A stretch of DNA of 64,000 nucleotides from Carcharhinus amblyrhynchos (lineage: Eukaryota), in NCBI GenBank assembly GCA_965287045.1, contig OZ336890.1, positions 37,820,001 to 37,884,000 on the forward strand. Direction: 5' to 3'. Position 1 is the stretch's first letter. Every line of letters starts with the position of its first letter. Below are positions 37,016-47,788 of this stretch, piece after piece. The position numbers and the translations under genes are program-made. A model generated the notes under the pieces. The model saw nothing but the letters and a program-made list of their open reading frames with translations, did no database searches and was not told the DNA's origin.

Positions 37016-39071
37016 ACTACTTCATGCATGTAAATTATTAGTACCTGTTTGTACAGGACTTGCTTGCAAAACAAGTCAGAATCCTATACTGTGCCAATAT
37101 ATGTTAGGATCTGACAAAATATTTTAACTTCTTTATACAGTAAAAACATTTGCTATATATCACAACCCTGGTATACTATCTGAAACTTGGCGCACCACTT
37201 GAATTGGATCAGTCTTGCTTTTTAGGGAAAATACAATGGATACATTGCTATTTAGTTGCATGACTGCCACCTTGCCAATATTGTAATGACTGTTTTAACT
37301 GCTGATAAAATGCTATTAGATAGAATTGTTGCATATCATTGACCATTTCTGCTTATGAAATAACTTGGTGATTTTACTTATTAGTTCGGATAATGTTTTG
37401 AGGTACAATAAAATTAGAATATTTAGTTTTGGTGGAATATTTCCTTGGGCATCAATTTGTTCCTCACATGGTACAGTTAAACAAATGAATAAGTAACGTC
37501 ATCATTCTGATGAGACTTAATATGCATTTTCTGATTACTGCTGAGAGTTTTAGTCTCAGAGATTTAAATCTATTCCAATTTTCTTATCAATAAAAACACA
37601 ATTCTGTAGCTGCTGGAATTCTGAAATAAAAATGGAAAATGCTGGAGGGAGATGAATAAGCATGTAATTTGAAAAGAGATAAAAGTGTAAATCAGGTAAT
37701 CATCAATTTACTAATTCAATCCAGATTCATATCTAATCTGAAAGTATTCATCACAAGCTTAGATCAGTATTATTGAGTGCCACAGTAGCATGATAAACAT
37801 TTCTCACCACCCATGTGCAACAGGAAGAAGTAGAAAAAATCTGTTTCTTTTGGTTATATTACCCTTTGTACACTAAGTGTCTCATGCTTTAGAACAGAAA
37901 ATTGTCCTTTCTGGAACTCATACTTTGTTGTTTTTCATTCAATTAATAATTATAGACCATTGTTGCTTTAAATATAATCTCTATGTCATATAGTTTCCTT
38001 TAGATTTTGGCATCAATCTGGAGCCACATTTTGTAGACGAGCATCATAGGATGGAAGATACTATATTCCACTGCATTTGTGTTTGCAGGCTCAGTCAAAG
38101 TAATTTCACCATTATTTTCATCGTTTATGTTAATATTCTATGAGAACAAATATATTTTAACGTCAGGAACCATTGAAATGCTTCTATATAATGCCTCAGA
38201 TTTTCCAGTCTTCAGATCGTCAGAGACTAGATGTACCTTCCCTCCTCCCCTAGATGAAGGTTAGGACCCTGTTTATACTGACTTTGGGAGTTGCCCGAGC
38301 AATGGACCATTCTTGTGCTCCTCAGAGATTTAGGCAGTTCGGACTTTCTACTGGATATTTACCTGGGAAATGTTAGAAAAATCCTAACCTTCAATCCTGA
38401 ATAAATATACAAATGGCCCTATCAACTTTCGTCTTGACACTCTATTTTTCCCTCTTCTCCAGCCTGACTTCTCTAGCCACACTACCCGATTATTCATCTC
38501 CCCAACCCAACGTAAATAACCCCCCAACCTGATTTCCCCCATCGCCCCCCCCCCATTGCTCCTACCCAACAACCAGACCCTAACCTGTCAAATCCTCTCA
38601 ATGCAACCCAACTACTCTCCCAATCCATTTACCTATATACCCACCTCAGACAGCAGCCGTATACTGAATTACCCACCTTATCCACATGCACATCTTGATA
38701 TTCACCATTCATTCCTATGCTTGTTTACCAACAAGTGGAAAAGTTGTTTCGATGTGTCAAACATTTTCAATAATTTAGTGAACACTTGCAATTTTGGCTG
38801 CAGATTCTGATTTTTAAAAAGAAGACATGGCTTGTCTTCCTGCAATGATCCAGTGCAACAAGGTATCCTATGCATTTCTGAAGAAGCAGGGCTTAGAAAA
38901 CCTGTCCAGAAATGTGGAGCTCCTCTTGTGGTGCAGGAAACTAGGAGCTAAGTGGCAATCTAACAGTGATCGCTGTCCCTCAGAAGACTTCCCTAAGATG
39001 AAGTATTAATTTACAGTGGCTCAGATCTTCCCCTGTCCAGATGGCTAAAGATTGGACACACTTGATTGGAC

Positions 39072-39763
39072 AAACCCAGCTTGCAAGTGCAGCAGGTGGT
39101 CAGGAAGGCGAATGGGATGCTGGCCTTCATAGCGAGGGGGATTGAATATAAAAGTAGGGAGATCTTGCTGCAGCTGTATAGGGCATTGGTGAGGCCGCAG
39201 CTGGAGTACTGTGTGCAGTTTTGGGCGCCGCACTTGCGCAAAGATATTTTGGCCTTGGAGGGAGTGCAGAGGAGGTTTACTAGGCTGATACCGGAGTTGA
39301 GGGGGTTGAGCTATGAGGAGAGGCTGAATAAACTAGGCTTGTACTCGTTAGAGTTTAGAAGAATGAGGGGAGATCTCATTGAGACGTATAAGATGATGAA
39401 TGGGATGGATAGGATAGAGGTGGCGAGACTCTTCCCGCTCAAAAAAGACAGTAGGACTAGGGGGCACAGCCTCAAGATAAAGAGGGGGCGGTTTAGAACG
39501 GAGTTGAGGAGGAACTTCTTCACTCAAAGGGTGGTGAATCTCTGGAATTCTCTGCCCATTGAAGTGGTGGAGGCTGCCTCGCTAAATATTTTTAAGACGC
39601 GGGTTGATGGGTTTTTGATAAGAGAGGGGATTAAGGGTTATGGGGAGAGGGCGGGAAAGTGGAACTGAGCCACGACAGATCAGCCATGATCTTATTGAAT
39701 GGCGGGGCAGGCTCGAAGGGCTAGATGGCCTACTCCTGCTCCTATTTCTTATGTTCTTATGTT
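39072..39763 (+). mobile_element. Young CR1 LINE 3' fragment
   Basis: ORF reads KPSLQVQQVVRKANG...GYGERAGKWN*. Near-identical to 34050-34720, with a (ttcttatg)n tail. Confidence 0.95.
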
Positions 39764-42069
39764 CACTCTGAAGGATTCAATACGGGATCCCTCGTAAATC
39801 CCAACTTGGGACTTCTGATGGGTTATTCCTTTTGTTCCACGGAACCCTCCGAAAAATCTTCTACTCTGCAACTTCTGAGGGTTTGGGGTCAGTTATGTAG
39901 ATAGTTACCCAGAAAATATGAGACTGGGGGGGGGAAGCATTTCCAACTCCTGGGTATCAATATAACAGACACCGCCCGTACTTCCAAGCCACTCAGTTCT
40001 GTCACTCTCAATGAAAAGCTATTAAAATGTCCCAAATCTTTTTCCTGTGTTAGTGAATGAAGACTTGCCAAAATATGGCAGCTGATGCCATAAAAACGGG
40101 TATGGCTTGCTATTTCCAGACGACCTTGCACTGCAAAGGAGGGCTCCAAGAACAGGTACCCTCCATATTTCTGAAGCGGACAATTACCCTCCACATTTCT
40201 GAAGTGGCCTAGTTCAAATGTTCAGGCCAGAAATGTGTTAAAAAAGAAAAGGAGTGGATTGGCAATCCAATAGTGATTGCTATTTGAAGGATTTAGCTCA
40301 GTATGTTTCCAGTGACATTTTCTGGACAAGCAGAACTGGCAAGCGGTTCTGAGCTCATGTTGCTGTTGAACCGACTAAGTAAACAAAGTCCCATCAGATG
40401 ATGAATTGTGTTGAATAGTGTTTACATGGCAACATAGACAATTAAACTAATTGTGATATAAAAATGTGTACAGCATCCTGGAATGAAACAGCAAATTGCA
40501 ATATTATCAATCTCTGCAAAAATGTCCATCTGATCCACACTTCCCATTTTACTGAGTTAACGATCTTCACCCTGTCTCTTTGCTGGCATGGAACATCCAT
40601 ATCTAGTTGAAGAAAGGAAGAATAATTTTGAGGAGACATTTTAAAAATGTTCGAGTGTACCTCCTAGAAGATTACCCTGAATATTATTGACTGAGGCCCA
40701 AAGGGGGTCTCGGCTCCAACACTTAGTATGCAATTTAAGAATGAAAGAAATTAAATTAAATGTCAATCGAAAAGAAGCAGTTAAAAAAGTTGATTAGATC
40801 ACAGCAGAATTGGACTGAATATGCTGCCTTTTTATAAGATGATACACTCATGCCAAACATTTTGGAAGTTGGATTACGCAATGCTTAATTTTTGATACTT
40901 TTTGAATTGGCTCAAACTACAGTTCCACGTCTCTCTACGAAGTAAATTAATGTTCACAGGCTTATAGTTATTGTAACCACAGTAGTTTTTTTGTCTAGTT
41001 TAAGAAAGCAGCCAGCTTGCAAAACTCTGGCATTCAGTTCAACATTAAGCATTATGTTCGAACTCACTCCAAGACTGATTATTTCTACCTTCAGAACATT
41101 TATCATGTCAGATCTTCCATTATAATCCTTAACCATTTTTGTCATCATTAAACTTGAATATTCCAGTGCCTCGTCCTTCCATCTTCCATAAACTTCAACA
41201 TTTAAATTAGAACCAAATGAGGGACTCCATTCGTAAATGTAAAAAGAAATGTTTAGCTAATCTGGATAGAGTTTTCCTTAACCACAATCTGTGCTCAAAA
41301 ACTGGGGTCTTTGTTCCAAAACTTTGATAAAATCGGAGAAATATGTACATAGATGAAAGTTTTGCCCATGGTGCATGTGTTTGCACAAGCTTAGATTGGA
41401 GATATCCTAATCCTTGTTTTCCCTGCTCTTTCCGTTAAACCTCAAATGGAGTGATCGACTTGGTTTGCGTAACTATTGTGGTCATGTTCCTATTAATTAT
41501 TGAACTGCAATCAGGGCATATACTTTTGCAGGCAGAATTGTAAATTCCTTTTGGAGTGGGAGGTGATTTATTTCTTAGCACACACATATTTCTGTTTATT
41601 CTTTTAACTTTGTGATGGTGTTTATTGCCATTCCAAATTGCACCCAAAAAACAGTAATGGACCTTCTTTACACCACTTGGCATGTATCTTCTAAATTCTG
41701 TTTGTAGTGTGGAACTGATGCACTTAAATGTGCAGACTTGTTTGCATTGCTGCACGCACATACTTTAACACTTGTGCTTAGTTTGCATGGGATTGTGCAG
41801 ATTTGAGGAAATATTGTTTGCTGAATAACTAGCTTATGGTGTTTATTATGTTATATCATTATGTTTTTACAAAGCACATCCATATGTTATAGGCTAATTA
41901 GTGGCCACAGAATGATATAGTAAAAAACCATGTTCATTGGCAGGAAGCAGAGCCAATAAGTGATCTATATTTGTATTGTTGGATATTAAAAATGAGTTAT
42001 AGAGTTAAATGAGTTTAATTTGGTGTTTTTGTGTCGGAGAGGGTATATTCATGTTATTCAGGGTGCAAG

Positions 42070-42694
42070 TGAATTGGGGAAAATCATAAAGATGGCTGCC
42101 TGGCACATAAAAAGGCTATCTGGGAGAGAGACATTAAGCAGGCACTGACTCTTAGCGCAGACGTACTTGAAATTAAAATGTGCAGGACAAACAGTTATTT
42201 AAAGTTAAACATGCAGGAATCAGATACTGCAAGAAGCCAATGAAGAGCTAAAGGCACTTTAAAGGTAAGGAGAGACCTAGGACAATAAGGACTGATAAAG
42301 AGATTACCCATAAATGGGAACAGGAATACATAAATGCAGGAAATCCAATTACTGTATGTATAGACAGAAACTAAGTCATTGATAGTCACTGAAGGAGGAA
42401 ATGTAGTCATTCTATGAAACAACGTGATGTTAAAAGCTAATGTCTGTATATGTCTGGCTGTAACGATGTGTTAAACTAATGATCCTACTCAACTATAACA
42501 ATGTGTCAAGTGGCTAATGTCTGGACTATCCATTGTCTGAAAAGTATAAAAATGAACCACTCCTATTATATTATTGAGAAGGTAGCTGCCAAGTACTGTC
42601 GAGTACCAGTGCTTTGTCTCCGAAGCTTTGTGTCCAAAGCAAAAGCTGTACTTTTGAACCTCCAGTGTGACTTTGGTGGTAATTTCCCATAACA
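42070..42694 (+). repeat. ERV 5' LTR (625 bp)
   Basis: tgaattggggaaaatcataaag...aatttcccataaca. TATAAAA at 42545. Direct repeat of 49260-49895. Confidence 0.92.
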
Positions 42695-42696
42695 AT

Positions 42697-42715
42697 TGGC
42701 GTAGTCAGCTAGGAT
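42697..42715 (+). promoter_or_regulatory. Primer-binding site, tRNA-Ser
   Basis: TGGCGTAGTCAGCTAGGAT compared with TGGCGTAGTCGGCAGGAT, the complement of the vertebrate tRNA-Ser 3' end. Lies 2 nt after the LTR. Confidence 0.85.
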
Positions 42716-43368
42716 CCTATTACTGGTAAGTTTCGATCGATTGGTCATAATCGGAAAGCCGGGGTAGAGATCACTGACTCTGTGGGAGTCGGACAAGGTC
42801 AAGAATACGGTTTGAAAGGTGCTTAACAAAAGGTATTTGTAGTAGCAAGTATTGTTGTATATGGTATAGTGATAAGTACTAACTGCTGATAGTGATAAGT
42901 TACTGTTACTTGTGCTGACCGACAAGAGGACAAGGTAGTGCCTGTCTCAAACACCCAGCCTTAGACTGGTTGTTAAGAGGGGAAATCCCCCACACGAAGG
43001 TCAGGAATTGAAGTGGGCAAAGAGACACCAAGGGAACTTAGGACTGTGAAGCACAAGTGACAGAGGTCAATTAACATCGAACTCTGTAGTGGTGAGCAAA
43101 TGCGGAATTGCGATCTGATTGCATGAAAATTTGTAAAGTTGGGTACTGGACTGTCAATGTTGTAAAATGGTGCAGAAAAGGAGCTTGATCAACTCTGACC
43201 TAGAGCCAGTCTCCGGTGGAAAAATACATTGCCGAGGTGGTAATAGTGGAAGTTGTGAGTATAAATTGAAACCCTGAGACAGTAATGAAACAAGGTGCAA
43301 GAGTAGTAATAGTGGCCGGGGGTAGTGAATTCCCAATGGTAGAGAGCACACTTTACTAGGGAGTAATC

Positions 43369-44400
43369 ATGGCCATACATTGCCTAAAACACGTTGCCAA
43401 AGAGGCAGTAATAGTGACCACGGATAGTGAAGTCTGCGAATTGGCAGATAATGAAGTTAAGAGAGGATCTGCAGATTCTGTCACTGAAGTGTACATGACA
43501 GGCAGGCAAGTATTAATAAAGAGGATGCAAAGGGATGGCTGGGATACTTCTTAGACTTTAAAGCAGCAGAGAAAGTGCATAGGTAAAGAAAAAAGAAACA
43601 AGACAAAGAAGATAGGAGTTCTGTTAATACATCAGTTCGCTGGTCTAATTGAGCAAGTAGTCGCTTATACTAAGAAGTGGAGTGAAGATGAAGAAAAGAT
43701 TAGAGAATTAGAATCCCAAGTCAGGGAACTGGAGAAACAAAACCAGGTATTAGAAGAGAAGCAATAGAGAGGAAACTGTCCCTCTGCCTCCTTAAGTCCA
43801 CACAACAGGGACCAACTGCTCCTCCAGAGAAGTGGGAAGCGCTAGAACACAGCTTAGCACCAGTAACCCAAGGGGGAACAGATGCGCAGCCAAAGGCAAC
43901 TTGTAAACCCGTCACCCAAAGTGAGAGACAGCAGATAATGGCTTCCCTGGGTAAATCACAACCTAGAAGTGCAAACGCTAAATTCTGGGAAGGATTAGAC
44001 ACAATCTGGGTAAGACACCAATTACACCTGCGAGATGTGCACCAGCTGGTCGGGGCAGCCTGTCCAATGGATAACTGGAGGCAGGTAGCTGGTGGACCCG
44101 CTGCTCCTCCAGCACAGGATTATAATGGGGGATGTTGGCAGAGATGCAGAGGGTATTAGGGAATGCTCCTACTAACTGGAGCAGAATTACCACAACAAAA
44201 CAGTTTAAAGGGGAAGGAGCTTCTGAATAAGGGTAACAATTGTTTCAGGTATATCAGGAGTGCTCAGGACAAGGGAACCCAGGCCGAGAAGATAGAACAT
44301 TCATCCAGCCTTTTAAGGATGGACTCTCTAGTGCTCACCAAACCATCCTAAAAATGGAAGTGATTATGTCCCAAGATTATGATGAATTGGTAGAATGAGC
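43369..44400 (+). pseudogene. gag: Degraded gag-like frame
   Basis: Located after the leader. Basic N-terminal region, coiled coil (EEKIRELESQVRELEKQNQ), PTAPP late-domain-like motif, and capsid-like QIMASLGK...FWEGLDTIWVRHQLHLRDVHQLV. Has stops and frameshifts. Confidence 0.6.
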
Positions 44401-44490
44401 TAGTGGCATATCTGGAGGTGAAGAGGAGACATCTTAGTTATTGTATTTCAGTGTGTTTGTGTGGTCTGGTTGTTGTTGCATTAGATTGAA

Positions 44491-45213
44491 AACATAAGAA
44501 CATAAGAAATAGGAGCAGGAGTAGGCCATCTAGCCCTTCGAGCCTGCCCCGCCATTCAATAAGATCATGGAACTGTCGTGGCTCAGTTCCACATTCCCGC
44601 CCTCTCCCCATAACCCTTAATCCCCTCTCTTATCAAAAACCCATCAACCCGCGTCTTAAAAATATTTAGCGAGGTAGCCTCCACCATTTCAACGGGCAGA
44701 GAATTCCAGAGATTCACCACCCTTTGAGTGAAGAAGTTCTTCCTCAACTCCGTTCTAAACCGCCCCCCCCCTTTATCTTGAGGCTGTGCCCCCTAGTCCT
44801 ACTATCCTTTCTGAGCGGGAAGAGTCTCACCACCTCTATCCTATCCATCCCATTCATCATCTTATACGTCTCAATGAGATCTCCCCTCATTCTTCTAAAC
44901 TCTAACGAGTACAAGCCTAGTTTATTCAGCCTCTCCTCATAGCTTAACCCCCTCAACTCCGGCATCAGCCTAGTAAACCTCCTCTGCAGTCCCTCCGAGG
45001 CCAAAATATCCTTGCATAAGTACGGCGCCCAAAACTGCACACAGTACTCCAGCTGCGGCCTCACCAATGCCCTATACAGCCGCAGCAAGACCTCCCTACT
45101 TTTATATTCAATCCCCCCTCGCTATGAAGGCCAGCATCCCATTTGCCTTCCTGACCACCTGCTGCACCTGCAAGCTGGGTTTTTGCGACTCATGCACAAG
45201 GACCCCGAGGTCC
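44491..45213 (-). mobile_element. Young CR1 3' fragment nested in the ERV
   Basis: Reverse complement of the 39072-39763 family, with a (cataagaa)n tail at 44491. Confidence 0.92.
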
Positions 45214-45899
45214 TGTTGAAGCAGGACCTGTTGAAGCCTGTTTGTTCTTGTGGAGTGTTTGTTGCAGGCAGTGGATCCAGTGCTTTGCACCTTAGTTTAA
45301 TCTCGGGGAGCTGGGGAAGTGTGAAAACTGTTAAAGATTAAAGTGATAAGATTTCTTGATTTTACTTCTGTTTTTGAGTTTAGTTACAGTTTGGAAGAAC
45401 AACAAAGGCGACTGTCTTAATCAACTTTCTATATTCTCTTTAAATGTTTTACTTTCATCCCAGTTTAAAATTGTTAAGTTTGTATGAAGGAGGGAGTGCT
45501 GTTGAATGAATGTTGGAAGCTTCCATGTTTGTCTGTGTGTGTTTAACAAAGTGGTTGTGTGGATGTTTTGTTGTTTGCTTGAATGTTTTAATAATCTTCC
45601 CCTAATTGTGATTTTACAACAGTGGGTTTGATAAATAAAAATTGAAATGTAAAGGATTTAAACCTTGAAGGGAACCATGTGTCCTTTCCTTTGTCTTGAA
45701 GTAGAAATTATGAGAGTCAGTTGAGAAGTTAGGAGAAGAAAATAAGTAATTTTGTGGAAAAGAAGAAAAGCAGGCACAAAGGAATGAGGTAAATATACTG
45801 TCTGTGAGTCGGTTTAAAGCATGTCAAGTCAGTGAAATGCAGTATTAAGGTCTGCAGAGTATAGTGATTTACGAATGTATGATAGTTTAGTATTCTGTA

Positions 45900-46062
45900 A
45901 CAGTGGGAAGTTGTGTCCTAGTAAAAGCATTACCTGACAAACCAGGGTTTGCATCAAAATGAAGTGGGCCATATGAAGTTATAATTAGTGGAGACACCTA
46001 TATAGACATAAAGGGAAAGATATATGGAAACATTGGACCCAGCTGAAATTATACCAAGAAAT
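45900..46062 (+). pseudogene. Integrase C-terminal (GPY/F) remnant of pol
   Basis: VGSCVLVKALPDKPGFASK*SGPYEVII...WKHWTQLKLY fits the W-x-GPY-x-V...W-x-H-x-x-x-L-K pattern. Confidence 0.6.
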
Positions 46063-46199
46063 GAATGAATGAATGAATGACTGAATTAACTGGACTGCTT
46101 TTCTCAAGATGTGGGTATGCCGGCGTTGGACTGGCGTAAACACAGTAAAAAGTCTGACAACACCAGGTTTTAGTCCAACCGATTTATTTGATAATAGAC

Positions 46200-46235
46200 T
46201 CACAAGCTTTCGAGGTTTCCCTCTTCATCAGGTGA
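46200..46235 (-). ncRNA. Minimal type I hammerhead ribozyme
   Basis: UCAC-CUGAUGA-A-GAGG(GAAA)CCUC-GAAAGCUU-GUGA: intact core, stem I, stem II and palindromic stem III. Confidence 0.8.
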
Positions 46236-46449
46236 ATGGAGAGTTCTGGCCTCAGACAGAGCATATAAAGCACAGACAGTTTAGAGATTACTGATTAGAA
46301 TGCGAATCCTTACACCTAACCTGCTGTTCAAGACCTGAAGTGGCTGACAATGTGAGTGGAAGGAGCACTGATCACAGGTTACAGAGATGTGTATTGTCTC
46401 CAGACAGTACAGTAAGTGAGGTTTTGCAAACCCAGGCAAGTCACGGGGG

Positions 46450-47369
46450 TTACAGATAGTGCGACATGAACCCAAGATCCCTGTTGAGACCGTCCTCATG
46501 TGTGCGGAACTTGGCTATCAGTCTCTGTTCAGCGACTCTGCGCTGTCGTGTGTCGTGAAGGCCACCTTGGAGAATGCTTACCCGAAGGTCAGAGGCTGAA
46601 TGCCCGTGACCACTGAAGTGTTCGCAACAGGAAGGGAACAGTCTTGCCTGGTGATTGTCGAGCGATGTTCATTCATCCGTTGTCGTAGCGTCTGCATGGT
46701 CTCCCCAATGTACCATGCTTCGGGACATCCTTTCTTGCAACGTATCAGGTAGACAATGTTGGCCGAGTTGCAAGAGTATTTACCGTGTACCTGGTGGATG
46801 GTATTCTCACGTGTGATGATGGTATCCATGTCGATGATCCGGCATGTCTCGCAGAGGTTGCTGTGGCAGGGTTGTGTGGAATTGTGGTCACTGTTCTCCT
46901 GAAGACTGGGTAGTTTGCTGTGAACAATGGTCCGTTTGAGGTTGTGTGGTTGTCTGAAGGCAAGAAGTGGGGGTGTGGGGATAGCCCTGGTGAAATGTTC
47001 GTCTTCATCAATGGTATGTTGAAGACTCCGGAGAAGATGTCGCAGCTTCTCCGCTCCGGGGAAGTACTGGACGACGAAGGGTACTCTGTCCACTGTGTCC
47101 CGTGTTTGCCTTCTGAGGAGATCGGTGCGGTTTTTCGCTGTGGCGCATCGGAACTGTTGATCTATGAGTCGAGCACCATATCCTGTTCTTATGAGGGCAT
47201 CTTTCAGGGTCTGGAGGTGTCTGTCACAATCCTCCTCATCTGAGCAAATCCTGTGTATACGGAGGGCTTGTCCATAGGGAATGGCTTCTTTAACATGTTT
47301 AGGGTGGAAACTGGAGAAGTGGAGCATTGTGAGATTGTCTGTGGGCTTGCGGTACAGTGAGGTGCTGGG
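46450..47369 (-). pseudogene. Penelope RT thumb and GIY-YIG endonuclease, partial
   Basis: LYRKPTD...HFSSFHP...IPYGQALRIHRICS, then NIVYLIRCKKGCPEAWYIGET...RMNEH. A 1-nt frameshift near 46625 precedes HFSGHGH...GLNRDLGFMSHYL*. Confidence 0.9.
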
Positions 47370-47578
47370 GTGACTTGCCTGGGTTTGCAAAACCTCACTT
47401 ACTGTACTGTCTGGAGACAATACACATCTCTGTAACCTGTGATCAGTGCTCCTTCCACTCACATTGTCAGCCACTTCAGGTCTTGAACAGCAGGTTAGGT
47501 GTAAGGATTCGCATTCTAATCAGTAATCTCTAAACTGTCTGTGCTTTATATGCTCTGTCTGAGGCCAGAACTCTCCAT

Positions 47579-47614
47579 TCACCTGACGAAGAGGGAAACC
47601 TCGAAAGCTTGTGA
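47579..47614 (+). ncRNA. Minimal type I hammerhead ribozyme
   Basis: UCAC-CUGACGA-A-GAGG(GAAA)CCUC-GAAAGCUU-GUGA. Predicted cleavage after 47610. Confidence 0.8.
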
Positions 47615-47788
47615 GTCTATTATCAAATAAATCAGTTGGACTAAAACCTGGTGTTGTCAGACTTTTTCCTGCTTTTCTCAACACAGGCAAAGGCTGCAAG
47701 CAAGAGTAATTGGGCGTTTGGGTTAATAGTATAACTTTTGGACATTATATAAATTATAGTATTAGATTGATGCTTGATTGTTGCGAAT

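Larger units (their letters stand above)
46108..47668 (-). mobile_element. Penelope-like retroelement, 5'-truncated, with inverted pseudo-LTR
   Basis: 13-bp TSD ctgcttttctcaa at 46095-46107 and 47669-47681. Near-perfect inverted repeats of about 298 bp at 46147-46444 and 47370-47667. One-sided tail at 46108-46146. Confidence 0.93.

Noticed and set aside
46062-46082. (GAAT)n repeat as CRISPR-like or functional array
   Set aside because: Short ordinary microsatellite. No repeat-spacer arrays were seen in this eukaryotic window.
47370-47474. N-terminus (MADNVSGRS...) of the 298-aa Penelope ORF
   Set aside because: It is read from the inverted pseudo-LTR and is in frame by chance.
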